Part shown: positions 11,222 through 27,580 of the stretch, in pieces
How positions within the stretch are numbered: the stretch's first letter is position 1
Layout: every line of letters starts with the position of its first letter
Source: Octopus sinensis
Taxonomy: Eukaryota
Assembly: GCF_006345805.1 (NCBI RefSeq)
Contig: NC_043004.1
Coordinates: 47,058,001 to 47,122,000, forward strand
Reading direction: 5' to 3'
Length of the DNA: 64,000 nucleotides
Made by a program: the position numbers and the translations under genes
Notes under the pieces: generated by a model
What the model was told of the DNA's origin: nothing
Seen by the model: the letters and a program-made list of their open reading frames with translations, nothing else
The model's database searches: none

Positions 11222-13451
11222 ATATTTTCCCAAAGGCCTCAAAGGTACATGAGATGCACATGTGGATGCCATCAAAGTAAAATTAATCAGTTTTGCTGAA
11301 CTCACATAACGACAAGAAACAAGAAGAAGAGGAACTCTCTCCTACTCACTACTTCCCAAGAAACAAATCCACAGAGGAGTGGAAATGAGTTCAAAATAGG
11401 CAAGTCATAACGTTAATGGTAGCTCCCCAGCATGGGCAAAGACTCCGGCTGTAGCCAAAGGTGGAGTGGTAGTACTCTAACAAAACACTTACACACATCA
11501 CGCATACACACATATGTCTTCCGATATTCCTTATTACATGAATGTTGTATCTATTTATTACTAAAAGGAGATGAAAGGCTTTCCGGATGTTAGCGGTGGT
11601 GTTTGCTGAGGTATCTATGACACACCGCAAAGTCTTGTCATCTCCCTTAGAGTTTGCTCTAAGATGTAAATTATAACACATAACACATAACACATAACAG
11701 ACGTAAATCATAACACATAACACATAACAGCTGTAAATCGTAACACATAAACAGATGTAAATCATAACACCTCTAAATATTTGAAACTGGTGCTCACAAC
11801 GGAATATATCTTCTTCATCTGCGATATATCAATATTACTCAGACATACCAGGTTGGCTTGATGTTTAATTTGAATGTGGACTCTTTCAAATTTTCCTGAA
11901 ATTCTGACCAACATAAATTTTTACTAAAATCTTGTTATGGTGCCATATTCAAGGAATTTGCGTTTTATTCCTGAGATCCCGATCTCGACCTCAATAGGCA
12001 GATTGGTGTGTGTGCGTGTGTGGGTTAAGTGCCTATTAATATGATAGCATTCAAATGAAATATGTATTGACTGGTTATAAATTCTGGAATAGGTTCTTTT
12101 TAAAATGTGTAGGTCCTTCCTTGTCACGTTGCAGCGTCACGAGCACATTCTGCCTAAGGTCAATTCTAAGGGTACACCGCGCAATATTCAATCACTTACT
12201 CGGTAATTCCATGATCGATTAAGTGTAGATCACTTCCTTATTCAACAGTATCCTAATCATCTAAACTGCTGTTAATCTGTTCCTCGGATTTCGCTGTTCC
12301 GTCTCACATCTACACTGAATGTTCTAACAAAATAATCTTCCCTTTTCAACACACGATCCGTGTCCGTCCTAAGTTCTCACATTAACTACGAAACACACGG
12401 TGTCCACTTCAACATTGTGTTCTTTGGAATTATCCATGGAAATGCTTATCAAGCACATATCGAGCAACACGCTGTAACAAAAAACGTTTTACACGTCAAT
12501 CGCACCGACCTCGCCTGCAAATACTACGCCTATAGCTTCTTTCTCGAGTCCTATCAACCGTATAATTTTCTATTTGCTTGTCTATTTATACCTCATAAAT
12601 TTCAAATTAGTGGTTTCGTTGCTCACAATATACAGTGGAAATTAATTAGTATTGATTGATTAATTTCTATATAAATACAGCATTTAATACAATTTTAATA
12701 TCAATATGAATTTATATCATATCTTTACACAATTCTTCATGTATACTTGTACGATAAAAGAATGCATAGATGATAATACAAATTCATGTTTCAGTAAATG
12801 TCTAAACATATGAATAAAATGGTAATCCAAATATTCTAGACTTTTTTTAAATATTTATAAAATAAACTTATAATGCTACTAATTTAACGTTTTCCATACA
12901 AGTGTTGGTCTTTCAAGACACTTAGCTGTTCATTTTTAAAGATAGATCGTTAGATGAACTCATACGAAAATCTCTTCCGTGTATTTTGAAGTATTGATAA
13001 TCTTGAACAGTAGCACAGGCCATATGTTATAGAAATAAATCTCAGAAGTAAATCTCATTTCAAAAACGTCAACTGGGGTATTATATCAGAAAACATTTCT
13101 TTGCAAACCTTAAGTCATTGGAAATATTTTCAATTTTCGTTATACATATACACAAAATAATTAATGTAAATTATACGAGAATCGTAATGTACAAGAAAAC
13201 AACACAACTTGCAGATATTTACTTCATTTATAGGATAATTGAACACATTATATTGCTATTTATTGTATTTTGATTACGGCCTATTAAATCCAAAATATTC
13301 AATTAATATAATTTTCTCTCACAGTTATTTTGAATTGATTTTTGTGCTTTTGTTTAAATTTTAATAATGGTTTAAACTTGTGATACACGAAAACCAAGAA
13401 ATAATGATCATAATCACTAATACAATGTGTAAGGAGATATATTTTACTTAC

Positions 13452-13468
13452 TTCTGATGAACACTTTT
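13452..13468 (-). CDS. Candidate 17-nt microexon
   Basis: Minus strand reads ctctctctcttgcatttttgttag|AAAAGTGTTCATCAGAA|gtaagta: strong acceptor and donor, all frames open. No homology support. Confidence 0.25.
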
Positions 13469-15224
13469 CTAACAAAAATGCAAGAGAGAGAGTTAGAGAG
13501 ACACGCACACACACACGCAAATAGGCAGAGAGCTTATGCAGCTAAAACAAACCTCCACCAATTTTACAACACTATAATTAAGAAACGTTATGGACAGCGG
13601 AGAGAAGCTTCTTATTTTGGATTTAGTAGACCTATCATAGCCAAATTTTCGAGATCAAAACTCTTGGATGTTTAACTGTTATGCTTAACCAATAGAAATC
13701 ACTAATCAAACAATAATCGTTAAAATTTTAGAGTTACACTTAGTCTAAATGTAAACGTGATTCTCAAAATATTGGCGATGTCTATTGCTTTACTTCTTGA
13801 TATGTGTGGCAAATTTCAGTATCCATGTGCATATTTTTAATCATATGATACTGAGTTATATTAGTTCGCCTGTTACAGAAAATATATATACATATACACT
13901 CATGCATAAACGTTTTAATAGCTGGCAACACCTAAAAGATTTAATCAGGAGCTTAAATTGTCATTTCAACGTTCCTATCTTTTAATTGGATGAAATTATA
14001 GAAATTTTAAGCAGTGTGACTCTACTTCATATTTTAATAGAAAAAGTAAAGTGCTTGATTTCTATTGATTTTATAAACGTGTATTTAGTCCTATCAAATG
14101 AAGAACCCTTTGTCATTGCTTTAGCGTTTAAGTGGCTGGGTATGTCATAGGAAAGCATACCTTCTTTTAATTCAAAAGGAAAACTACAAGAAAGTTTACC
14201 AAGATGCAGAACATTGTCAATTATTGCGAAGCTAATATATGCCACTTTTAAGTACTTTTTCATTCTTGTAGACATTGTTTTAAGGGCCAGAACATACGAA
14301 AGCTACATCAGATACTTACAAATATAACGATATATTAATAAAGTTTCTCGTCATCAGCTAATATATGTTGGAAATCTAATATCAAAGCATATATTTGTAG
14401 TTTATTTATATAAATTATATAAATGTTGTTTCAGCCATAACATTAAAAGCATCACCTGGCTATGCAGATTATCCAAAATAATCCTATAAAATAGACGTTC
14501 CTGGTTCAGATCTACTTCCTCTATAAAAATCATAAAAATTCCAGGAATTAATCAATGAATATCTTCCAACTAATAACCTTGTTTGTTCTTTTCCATTGAA
14601 ATCTGTTTCGAAGTACGACATTTATCACCCTACACCTGAAATATATTCAATAAACTAAAATAATACCAACAAGTATACTGTAAATATAACTGGTCATTTT
14701 AGTGCGAGCAATATTAAAACAGTGATGCAGAATGCAGAAGTCAACTTCAGAGATGGCAACGAAAAAATAGCTATCAAAGCCCACAACTGGATAACTGAAG
14801 TTTAATTCCAAATGTTTACTTGCACTGTAGTTTCTTTATAAATAAAGAGAAAAAATAACATTTTCAGTTATAATAAATATCTGGCTTGATAATCAATAGT
14901 AGGATTAGTGAGAATAATTGGTCATCTGACTAAGGATACAAAATAACGCTTTTTACACATGATTATAATCTACAAGTTCTAAATCTTCTTTGGGCTTTAA
15001 CCAAGAATATTTGAGAATTTGCAGACGTTTCTCAAAATAGATGAAAATATTCACGCACCTTTATGATACTTTTGATCATAAGTTCGATTTATTCTATAAT
15101 TTAGATTTGATAACTATTATTAGATAAAACATTTTAATTAGTTTTATACCCTGTATTCCAAATAACCAAGTACACTGATTTCGAAGTTATTCCTATGCAA
15201 CCATATTCTTATATTTGTTATTAT

Positions 15225-15891
15225 CACCTTGATCACTTTGACCGACCAGTCCGTCGGGCGTCCATTTGACACCGCTGGTCACAGCGCGCTGTCAACTCCT
15301 CTCTGGATGGCGCCTTTCTCATCCCGTGATCCCAATCGTCCTTCTGAAATCGTAACTCCACCATCGTGGAGGCCTTCCGAGTGGTCGTTTCCGTTCGCGC
15401 GGGTCCACCGATTATCGGTGAGCCGGGCGAAGTGTCCAGCCCATCTAAACTTGCTGCCTGCATATTCTGTGATGACATCCCTCACGCCGGACTTCTCTCT
15501 GATGATCTCGCTACTGATGTGCTCTCTCAACTAGATTCCAAGCATTGACCTTTCCATGGCCCTTTGAGCCATTACCAGTCTCTGCTATTCTCTCTTTGTT
15601 GTAGCCCATGTTTCACTACTATATAACAAGATGAACCGCATGTAAACGAAGCTGATGCGGTCAGACAACGTACCAACAGGTCGAATGGTGATCGGCAGTG
15701 ATGAAATAGAGGAGGTAAAGGAATATGTCTACCGAGGACAGGAAGTGAATATGTGCCGAGATATCGAAAAGGAGATCTCACGGAGAGTAATGGCCGGATG
15801 GAAGGCGTTTAATAGCATAAGGCATGAGTTCAAGGGAAGGTTGGAAAGGACCACCCCCGCCAACCTCATCAACAGCACAGTTCTACCTGCA
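15225..15891 (-). mobile_element. 5'-inverted, truncated RTE-clade LINE with a 14-bp TSD
   Basis: Plus 15629-15893 encodes KMNRM*TKLMRSD..VKEYVYRGQ..EISRRVMAGWKAF..NSTVLPA. Minus 15628-15225 continues LYSSETW..QRAMERSMLGI..KFRWAGHFARLTDNRWTR..RKRPLGRPP. The sequence atatttgttattat is at both 15211-15224 and 15892-15905. Confidence 0.9.
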
Positions 15892-16176
15892 ATATTTGTT
15901 ATTATATATAATGTTATATAAGGAATCTTGCTAAACAAATTACATAAACGTTGGAGTATGTAACGTATTTTTTATTACAAACAACGATAGAAATTATCTT
16001 TTTTTTAATACAGTTTATTTTTGTTAGATTAACCATATATAGCGCATGGAAAGAATGTAACATTAGGATAAACATTCATTATTTGCGCTGTGCAGATTGC
16101 ATTCCATGAAAGTAGTTTCTGCTAGTTTCTTAAATGACGAAATGCGCAAAGTTCAGTGCAGAATATTTAAGTAATA

Positions 16177-16869
16177 TACGAAGACGTGCTGAAAAGTTAC
16201 TGACTTTGGATAACAGAAAATACAGGAGGATCAGTTAATTATGATTTTATTCAACACTAGCAGTATCGCCCGGCGTTGCTCGGGTTTGTAAGGGAAATAA
16301 CAATATAAGCATTTTTAGAGAGTTACTTCCCTTATAGATGCCAATTCGGGCCTTCTTAGCCATTTCTGTTTTGGTGTCTTCAAGCCATGAAGTCGTTGTT
16401 CTAAAAGAACGCTGGTCTCCTTGACAACGCATTACGACGTTGATTTCCTTACACTCCCTTCCCCACAGCTTCACGAGGGAGGGAAGGGGGAGAAGCAAAC
16501 AGGTGCAGGTGTGAGCGTGGACGCCAACTCCGCCGCCATCGACACACGAAAAATTATGCATTAAAATGGAATAAAAAATGATGTTAAATTATTTTTAAAA
16601 TCGTAGACTCATCGTAGACGCGCGCTAATAGCCAGACGGGCTCGATATGAATCACGACTATAAGATACCCGAATTTGGTTAAACTGCACCGCAAAATGTG
16701 GGAGGAGTTAGGAATCTAAATCGAAGAGGAGAGACACTCACACAACTAGAGTTTTATATATATAGATATTCCCATCTCAGACTAACATATATATTGCAGC
16801 GGTCTCTCAGTTTTTCTAAGCCTTCTAAAAGAACTCGGAAGGTTGGGAACACTTCAGCACCCCCTCGTG
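16177..16869. mobile_element. Mariner-type MITE interrupted by a Helitron
   Basis: Imperfect TIRs ta-cgaagacgtgctgaaaagttac and ggaacacttcagcacccccctcg-tg. Removing 16257-16766 restores ttattcaaca|tattccc. Confidence 0.65.
16257..16766 (-). mobile_element. Non-autonomous Helitron (510 bp)
   Basis: On the minus strand it starts 5'-TC (TCTATATATAT) and ends CTAG-3', with a GC hairpin (forward cccggcgttgctcggg, 16269-16284) 12 nt from the end. It sits between host A and T with no TSD. Confidence 0.9.
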
Positions 16870-17229
16870 TACCGCAGAAGCAGTGTTGCAATGTATAAGT
16901 ATGTAATTTCTGATACTGCTCGGTGCCCACATATTATTCCTGCAACAATATTATTTATCATAAGCTTCACTCGATTCGTCGGCAGTTGTCTTTTTAGTCA
17001 GTTGGACGCAGAAGATATTCTAATGTACCCTTTCAACCAAAATATTTCTTTTGGCAAAATTTCATGAAGACAGGTAATAAATTTGATATGGTTTTGTAAG
17101 GGTGCCTTATCTCACTAGCAACGGAACCCCACATCTTAAAAAACTCTTCATGAGAGATTGTCGCAGCAAGTTTAAGTAACTCAGTCTAGTCACATTACTT
17201 CACATTACCCTCAAACAAGAATGGTTCAA

Positions 17230-17480
17230 TTAATCGTTTTTATGATAAACAGCATCCTGGTGCCGAAAAGTTAAATGCTTTCCCCTTATGTACTGATTCT
17301 CATAATCTTTGAAGGGACACTCGTAACGGAAGAAAAACCCATTTAATTTAAATGTACCCTCATCACTGCAATCTTTATGGACATATGTACGAATCGCAAA
17401 AGTGCATACTTCGATCCGAATCAACTTCCTCGTGAGTGGAATGTCACTTGTCCAATGGCAGCTGCATAATGCTTTGAAGC
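17230..17480 (-). CDS. Candidate exon encoding most of a CUB-like domain
   Basis: Acceptor cttctgttctctttctgatatctcatgcgacag| (phase 1). Open frame FKALCSCHWTSDIPLTRKLIRIEVCTFAIRTYVHKDCSDEGTFKLNG..YECP..IRGKHLTFRHQDA..* has Cys/Trp/hydrophobic spacing like CUB (C.W.I..I.L.F..F.L..C). Judged by eye only. Confidence 0.4.
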
Positions 17481-18583
17481 CTGTCGCATGAGATATCAGA
17501 AAGAGAACAGAAGTCCTCGCCAACCTCTGCAATCGCTGTCCGGCGTAGCTTCAGTTCCCTCATTACTCTATTACAGGATCTACCTCTCTAATATCGGCCT
17601 TGGCAGCCACGCCCGCTCACATGACAGATAATTTGTCAGAAATGAGGAATATAGATGTCCTGGATCGACATTGACATTACATTGATAAGCCGTGATAAGC
17701 AGTAATATTTTAACGCACACAAACATACATACACATGTGTGCCTGTATGTATGTCTATTATATATTCATACATATAGGCGCTAAGCATGATATACTCAAG
17801 AAGAAATATCCTGATGACTATACTAAAAACATACCAAAACTATACCGATGAAGCCACTTTAAGAAGAGAGAATATAAATGGTTTGATAACAGATGCGTGA
17901 AATGCAATAGTGCTTGGGAAATATAAGCACTACGGTAGAGATCAGCTGTCCAGGAGATGTGAATAGTTAGTCAAATAATGATGAAACAAAAAAGATCTAT
18001 TGAGTAATCTATAACAAACTTTCAGTTCTAATAAAGTGTGTAAAAACTCTGCTATGTGTACACTTGTTTACGGATCCATAGTTTTCAACACACTAGAAAT
18101 GCCAGTTTCACTCCACAAGAACAAATTAAACTGATTCTTACACTACAGATACAAAAGATCTATAGTATTATTGTACTATCCAATATATTTCAGAATTACT
18201 CAGTTTGATGTTCTTGGTTTGAACGTATAAATACGATCACACTTACACATAAATGTACAAACGGACATACATATAAACAGTATTGAAACAAACACACAAA
18301 CACACAGGCGCGCACGCAAACACACACACACACAGACTCACACATGCTTCTGTACTAAATGACATGCTCAAACATATGTACAAGTTTTTCCACATATTTG
18401 TACACACGTACATTTATACACAGGGAAACTAATTCACATATCTGCAATTACAAGGAGTTGTCTCGACATAATTAAGACAGCCTAGTCATATTTTCGTCTG
18501 CTGTATAATTCTACATGGGAATATATGTAATATATCCGAAACTCATTCATGTATTAGTACATGCATATATAGTAAGTCCTTAC

Positions 18584-18656
18584 GTGACAATCTAGGAAAG
18601 CTAGGGTTTTTAGAAAAGTAATTAACCAGCCAACCCGGTCGAAGAAAGTAAAATGT
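18584..18656 (-). CDS. Candidate 73-nt exon, N-terminal part of the same CUB-like domain
   Basis: tttttttctgttccacctacag| and |gtaagg. The frame TFYFLRPGWLVNYFSKNPSFPRLS ends in phase 1, matching the phase-1 start at 17480. FSKNPSFP resembles the CUB 'SPxYP' motif. Confidence 0.4.
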
Positions 18657-18834
18657 CTGTAGGTGGAACAGAAAAAAATTTGCAAAACTTTCATAATGTT
18701 AATTTATTTTTTGTTATCTACATTACGTCTTATATACATAGATGAAGATTACAAGTAATTATTAATGAAAGAGAACATTCATATATGCGTGCGTACATAC
18801 ATCCATATATATATATATATAAATATATAAATAC

Positions 18835-18883
<49 letters not shown>

Positions 18884-19429
18884 CAGACATACATATTTAT
18901 AGTCCTTATATTCTTGGAAAATCGTTGTCTTCATTTCACCTCAACAAGCAACATTTTCTTTTCTGCCTAAAATAATTACGCTGCTTCACGACTTTGAAAT
19001 TTAACAAAACCTAAAGTGTGCAAATATTCTATGTTCTCTTTCTTCCACACAACAGGAGAGCGCAGGTTTTCAGCAAATCGGGAAAAGTCTCCCACAAGTT
19101 TTTATTTTCTCGTTAACTTGTTTTCTTTTCTAACACTGTTCTTGTTTTTTGTATACCTTCACTATGATTTTTACGACAATTTCTTCGCATTTTTCATCCA
19201 TTCTCTCTTCCTTTTCTTATTGTATATATGTGTTCACTTTACTCTTCACTCGTCTTCTCTTCTTTGAGTATCACTCCTTCTAGAGTTATCTACTAAATGT
19301 TCTTCCCTGTATTTCATTTCGAATACTGATAATAAACTTAGTAAATTTAATGTTCCGGTACCCGACCAATTTGACTGTTTATTTTCTTTCTTTCTTTCGC
19401 TATCTCTTCCCGCACACACACATATACAA

Positions 19430-19466
<37 letters not shown>

Positions 19467-20118
19467 CATATATATATGCACATAGCTACATCCATGCATA
19501 CATAAAGTTACGCTAACCGTATCAGTAGTAGATGTTTTACATATACGACAACTGTACTACTAAACAGAATTTATATTCGAACACATCAATTTCTATAAGA
19601 TTTCACCTTATTCAAAACACTTCTCTAATATTACTATATTTCTATTCGATATTTCTTCCATCTCGTCCTCCCTTAATCAAGTTATATGACATAATATCCA
19701 TACACTTATCTCCATGAGATTGAAATCTTCAAAATGATGTACTCAGAAATTATATAATTACCCATCTCATTAGCGGATACAGTTTACAACGCAAGCCATT
19801 ACCAGAATCACATTAGAATCGTGTCTTAGTTGTATCATTTGCCGAATATATATTTCAACTAAAGTCTCATCTAACTGCCATCAATAATGCGAACAAATAA
19901 TTTATAGAATTCACACATGAGTTAAATACATTTTCGATATTGTTTGCTCTTAGTTTATCTCTATAATTCTACATTGTTACGTTCTCATTCCATAGCATAG
20001 ATCTTCCAACTCTTTTGTATTACAAACGAGACAGTAACAAACTTCGGTTATGACCCTATTTGTATTAATTTACATGCGTGTGTGTGTGTGTGTGTGTGTG
20101 TCTGTGTATATGCGTGTG

Positions 20119-20165
<47 letters not shown>

Positions 20166-20208
20166 TATATATAGTGTGTGTGTGTGTGTGTCTGTGTATA
20201 TGCGTGTG

Positions 20209-20290
<82 letters not shown>

Positions 20291-20652
20291 TGTGTGTGTG
20301 TGTGTTTCGGTGTGCTTTCATATAGATGGGAGAGTGAGTTTGTCAGTACGTATATATAAAAAATAGACAAATGTGGTGATGAATTATAAGCTTTCAAAAC
20401 AGAAATTGCTGTTAAATGAATTAGGGATGATGCACAACAGATCGTACACAAAAACAAAATATAATAATAATTACTTTAGTTTTCTCTCTAACTTGAGTAA
20501 CAAAAACGTAGGGCCAAATGTTTGCTAACAATAAGCTGTAGAGGAGATACAAAATAACTAAGACATTTATTTACGGCATTGTATTACACTCAACTAAAAT
20601 CGCACCACGAGCGCTTTCGTTTCTGCTGCTGCTGCTGCTGTTCTTAATGATA

Positions 20653-21075
20653 ATGGTTTCAAATTCTGGCACAAGGCAAGCAGTTTCAGATGAGGTGCTA
20701 AGTCGAGTACATCGATCTCAGTGCTGCACTAATACTTATGTTATCGAGGGCGGAGAGTTGGCAGAATCGTAAGCACGCCGGGCGAAATGCTTAGCTGCTT
20801 TTCTTCTGTCTCTATGTTCTGAGACCAAATTCCGCCGAGGTCAACTTTGCTTTTCGTCCTTTCGGGGGGTCGATAAATTAAGTACCATCTGCGTACTGGG
20901 TTAGATCTAATCGACTGGCCGCCTCCCCAAATATTTCGGGGCTTGTGCCTAAAGTAGAAAAGAATACTTATTCTATTGATGCCGCCACGATGAAAGGCAA
21001 AATTCCCCACGGTGAATTTTGAACATAGAAAGATACGAGGGACATAATTCCGCTTAGCATTTTTTCCAGCGTGCT
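20653..21075 (-). mobile_element. Older family-1-related SINE split by a younger SINE
   Basis: 20966-21075 is the reverse complement of a diverged SINE head and core; 20653-20747 is the reverse complement of its continuation (tcgataacataagt..cttgtgccagaatttgaaacca). Confidence 0.7.
20748..20965 (+). mobile_element. tRNA-derived SINE (family 1)
   Basis: Colinear with 4173-4403 through the head and core (gcacgccgggcgaaatgc..aaattccgccgaggtcaactttg..ggtcgataaattaagtacc); the 3' tail differs. Confidence 0.9.
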
Positions 21076-21159
21076 ATGTATTTCTGACATATCGCTTCTT
21101 TAACAATTATAATAATCCGTTCTGCAATAGGAAAAATGTATATAGATTTAGTGTAGAAG

Positions 21160-21547
21160 ATAGTCTGCTGCTGTTGTTGGTGTTCGTGCTCCTGTTTTTG
21201 TTTTTGTTTTTGTTGTTGTGGTTCTTGTTTTTTTTTTCTGGTTCTACTATTGTTTCTGGTATTGGTATTCTTCAGGCTGTTGTTAATTTTGCTATTCCTG
21301 TCGTTGATATTTCTATAGTACCGAGATTGGTGTCACTTTAGTTGTTCATTTGCATTTGTGCCTTCTGAGAACCTGGTGTTGAGGGCCGAAATCTCTCAAG
21401 TGGCCACTCTCCGCACACATATGACACCGAGGCCTTCTACCCTCAACCGTAACATGCAGCTCCTTCCCTTCCGGAAGGCAAATGTTTTGGTTCTGGCGGA
21501 TAGTGTCTAGTTTGATGTGGCGCAGGACCTCCACACAAATCCCAGAC
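21160..21547 (-). mobile_element. LINE ORF1 (gag-like) fragment with a zinc knuckle
   Basis: VTVEGRRPRCHMCAESGHLRDFGP is a CX2CX4HX4C knuckle with the last C lost, followed by a T/P/K/E-rich low-complexity frame. Tx1/L1-like assignment is tentative. Confidence 0.6.
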
Positions 21548-21564
21548 CATTATTATTATTATTA

Positions 21565-21622
<58 letters not shown>

Positions 21623-21633
21623 GATTATTATTC

Positions 21634-25196
<3,563 letters not shown>

Positions 25197-26084
25197 GATC
25201 TAACTCGTCTATAGTGTTTCCAGCTGTTTGTCATTTGCAGCGTATAGTTTTAGGTCATCCATATATAAAAGGTGACTGATCGTTTTGCCGTAACATTTAT
25301 ATCCGCATCCAGTTCTATTTAGTATATCAGATAGAGGTGACAGTGCCAAGCAGAAAAGGAGTGGAGAAAGCGTGTCTCCCTGGAATATTCCTCTTCTAAT
25401 GGGGATGTCTTTGGTTTTTATGAGTCCCTCTTTTGTTTGGAGGTGTAGGACTGTTTGCCATTTATTCATAGAGTGCTCTATGAATTTTATGATTGTTGGT
25501 GCTACTTTGTTAATGGCTAGTGTTTCGAGGATCCACGTGTGGGGGATGCTATCAAACGTCTTTTTGTAGTCAATCCAGGCCATACTGAGGCCTTTCTTCT
25601 TTCTGTGGCTGTCTTCAGTCATGGCTTTATTAATCATTAGTTGATCTTTGCAGCCATATGAGCCTTTGCGGCATCCTTTCTGCTCTTCTGGGAACAGTTT
25701 GTTTTCGTCCAGGTGCTTGTTCAACCTTTGCGATATCACTGCAGTAAATGCCTTGAACATAGTAGGGAGGCAGGTTATTGGTCTGTAGTTTTCTGGTTTT
25801 GCTGTTTCATTTGATTTTGGAATTAAGATGGTTTTCCCCTTCGTAAGCCATTCAGGCATTGTCTCCGGCTCTGCTAGTATGTTGTTAAAGTTTTCAGCCA
25901 GCTTTTTGTGCATTCCTGTTAGATATTTCAACCAGAAGTTGGGGATCTTGTCATGCCCAGGTGCCTTCCAGTTGCTTAGTCTTTGCAGTGCCTGGGTGAC
26001 CTCTTCAGTTGTTATGGGGGTCCAAAGTTTTTCAGATGCCGAGTTTGTTATTTTGATACTCCTTTTTTTTGGTTGTTCGTTATT

Positions 26085-26200
26085 ATAATTATTTTGTTAT
26101 TATTATTTTGTTATTATTATTATTTTATTATTTTGGTTGTTCGTTATTATTATTATTATTATTAGTTTGTTATTTTGATACTCCTTTTTTTTGGTTGTTC

Positions 26201-26236
<36 letters not shown>

Positions 26237-26286
26237 GCTGTTATTATTATCATTATTATTATTATTATTATTGTTTGTTGTTGTTG

Positions 26287-26326
<40 letters not shown>

Positions 26327-26345
26327 CTTCATCATCGTTGCCGTT
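26085..26345. repeat. (TTA)n/(TTG)n compound tract
   Basis: Directly visible. Confidence 0.9.
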
Positions 26346-27049
26346 ATCGTCGGCGTCGTCAACTTCTACTGTGGCTGTTAGAGTTGTCTTGTGTCGGAAG
26401 TGTGTTAAAGATGAGATCAAGATATTCAAAGAATATCATCAGATACACTTATTGGTAATATTAGTGTTTTACCTGATTAAAATCCTTTCCATTAATAAAA
26501 TATTCTGAACGTTGTTATAGCCACAAGCATTGCATTTATGTAGCAGCCGAATGCTACTTTCTCGTACCTTATTTGTTATTTACATTTTCGAAACTTGCAA
26601 ACCAAATAATAAAAGGAAACATCTTCATTATATTTGTTTTTTAAATATTCTATAGCAATTGTTATTTATCATACATTTTTTTTACAAGATATATATTTTT
26701 TAATATGCAGTGTAAGCCTACTGGGCATATAGTGAGAGTGCACAAGAATAGCAATTTCTCTAATCTTTAATTAGAAGAGATGAATAGGAAAATCAGCGAA
26801 AAGATACCATTCTCTATCTTTGCGCATAGAATATATAAAAAGCAAAGTGTAAGAAGCTACTTCCACGAGCTTTTGTTTTTAGTCCTACACTTTTAGATTT
26901 TTATAAACATATGTTTGTAACTCGTTAATGCTGTCTCACATACTCAGTATTCCTGTGTTATATGCATACGTGTGATCGCATATATCTGTGTACGTGTATG
27001 TGCATTCACACGCACTGACAGGTATATATATTAACATATATTCAGACAT

Positions 27050-27580
<531 letters not shown>

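Noticed and set aside
14343-14357. CTGATGA..GAAAC on the minus strand
   Set aside because: Only 3 nt separate the core halves, so stem II cannot form.
14635-14810. Open minus-strand frame ASKHLELNFSYPVVGFDSYFFVAISEVDF.. as an exon
   Set aside because: Weak splice signals and no recognisable domain; kept only as a motif echo in the 44731 finding.
20060-20310. Direct duplication of a (GT)n-unique-(TA)n block
   Set aside because: Real but an ordinary slippage duplication within a compound microsatellite.
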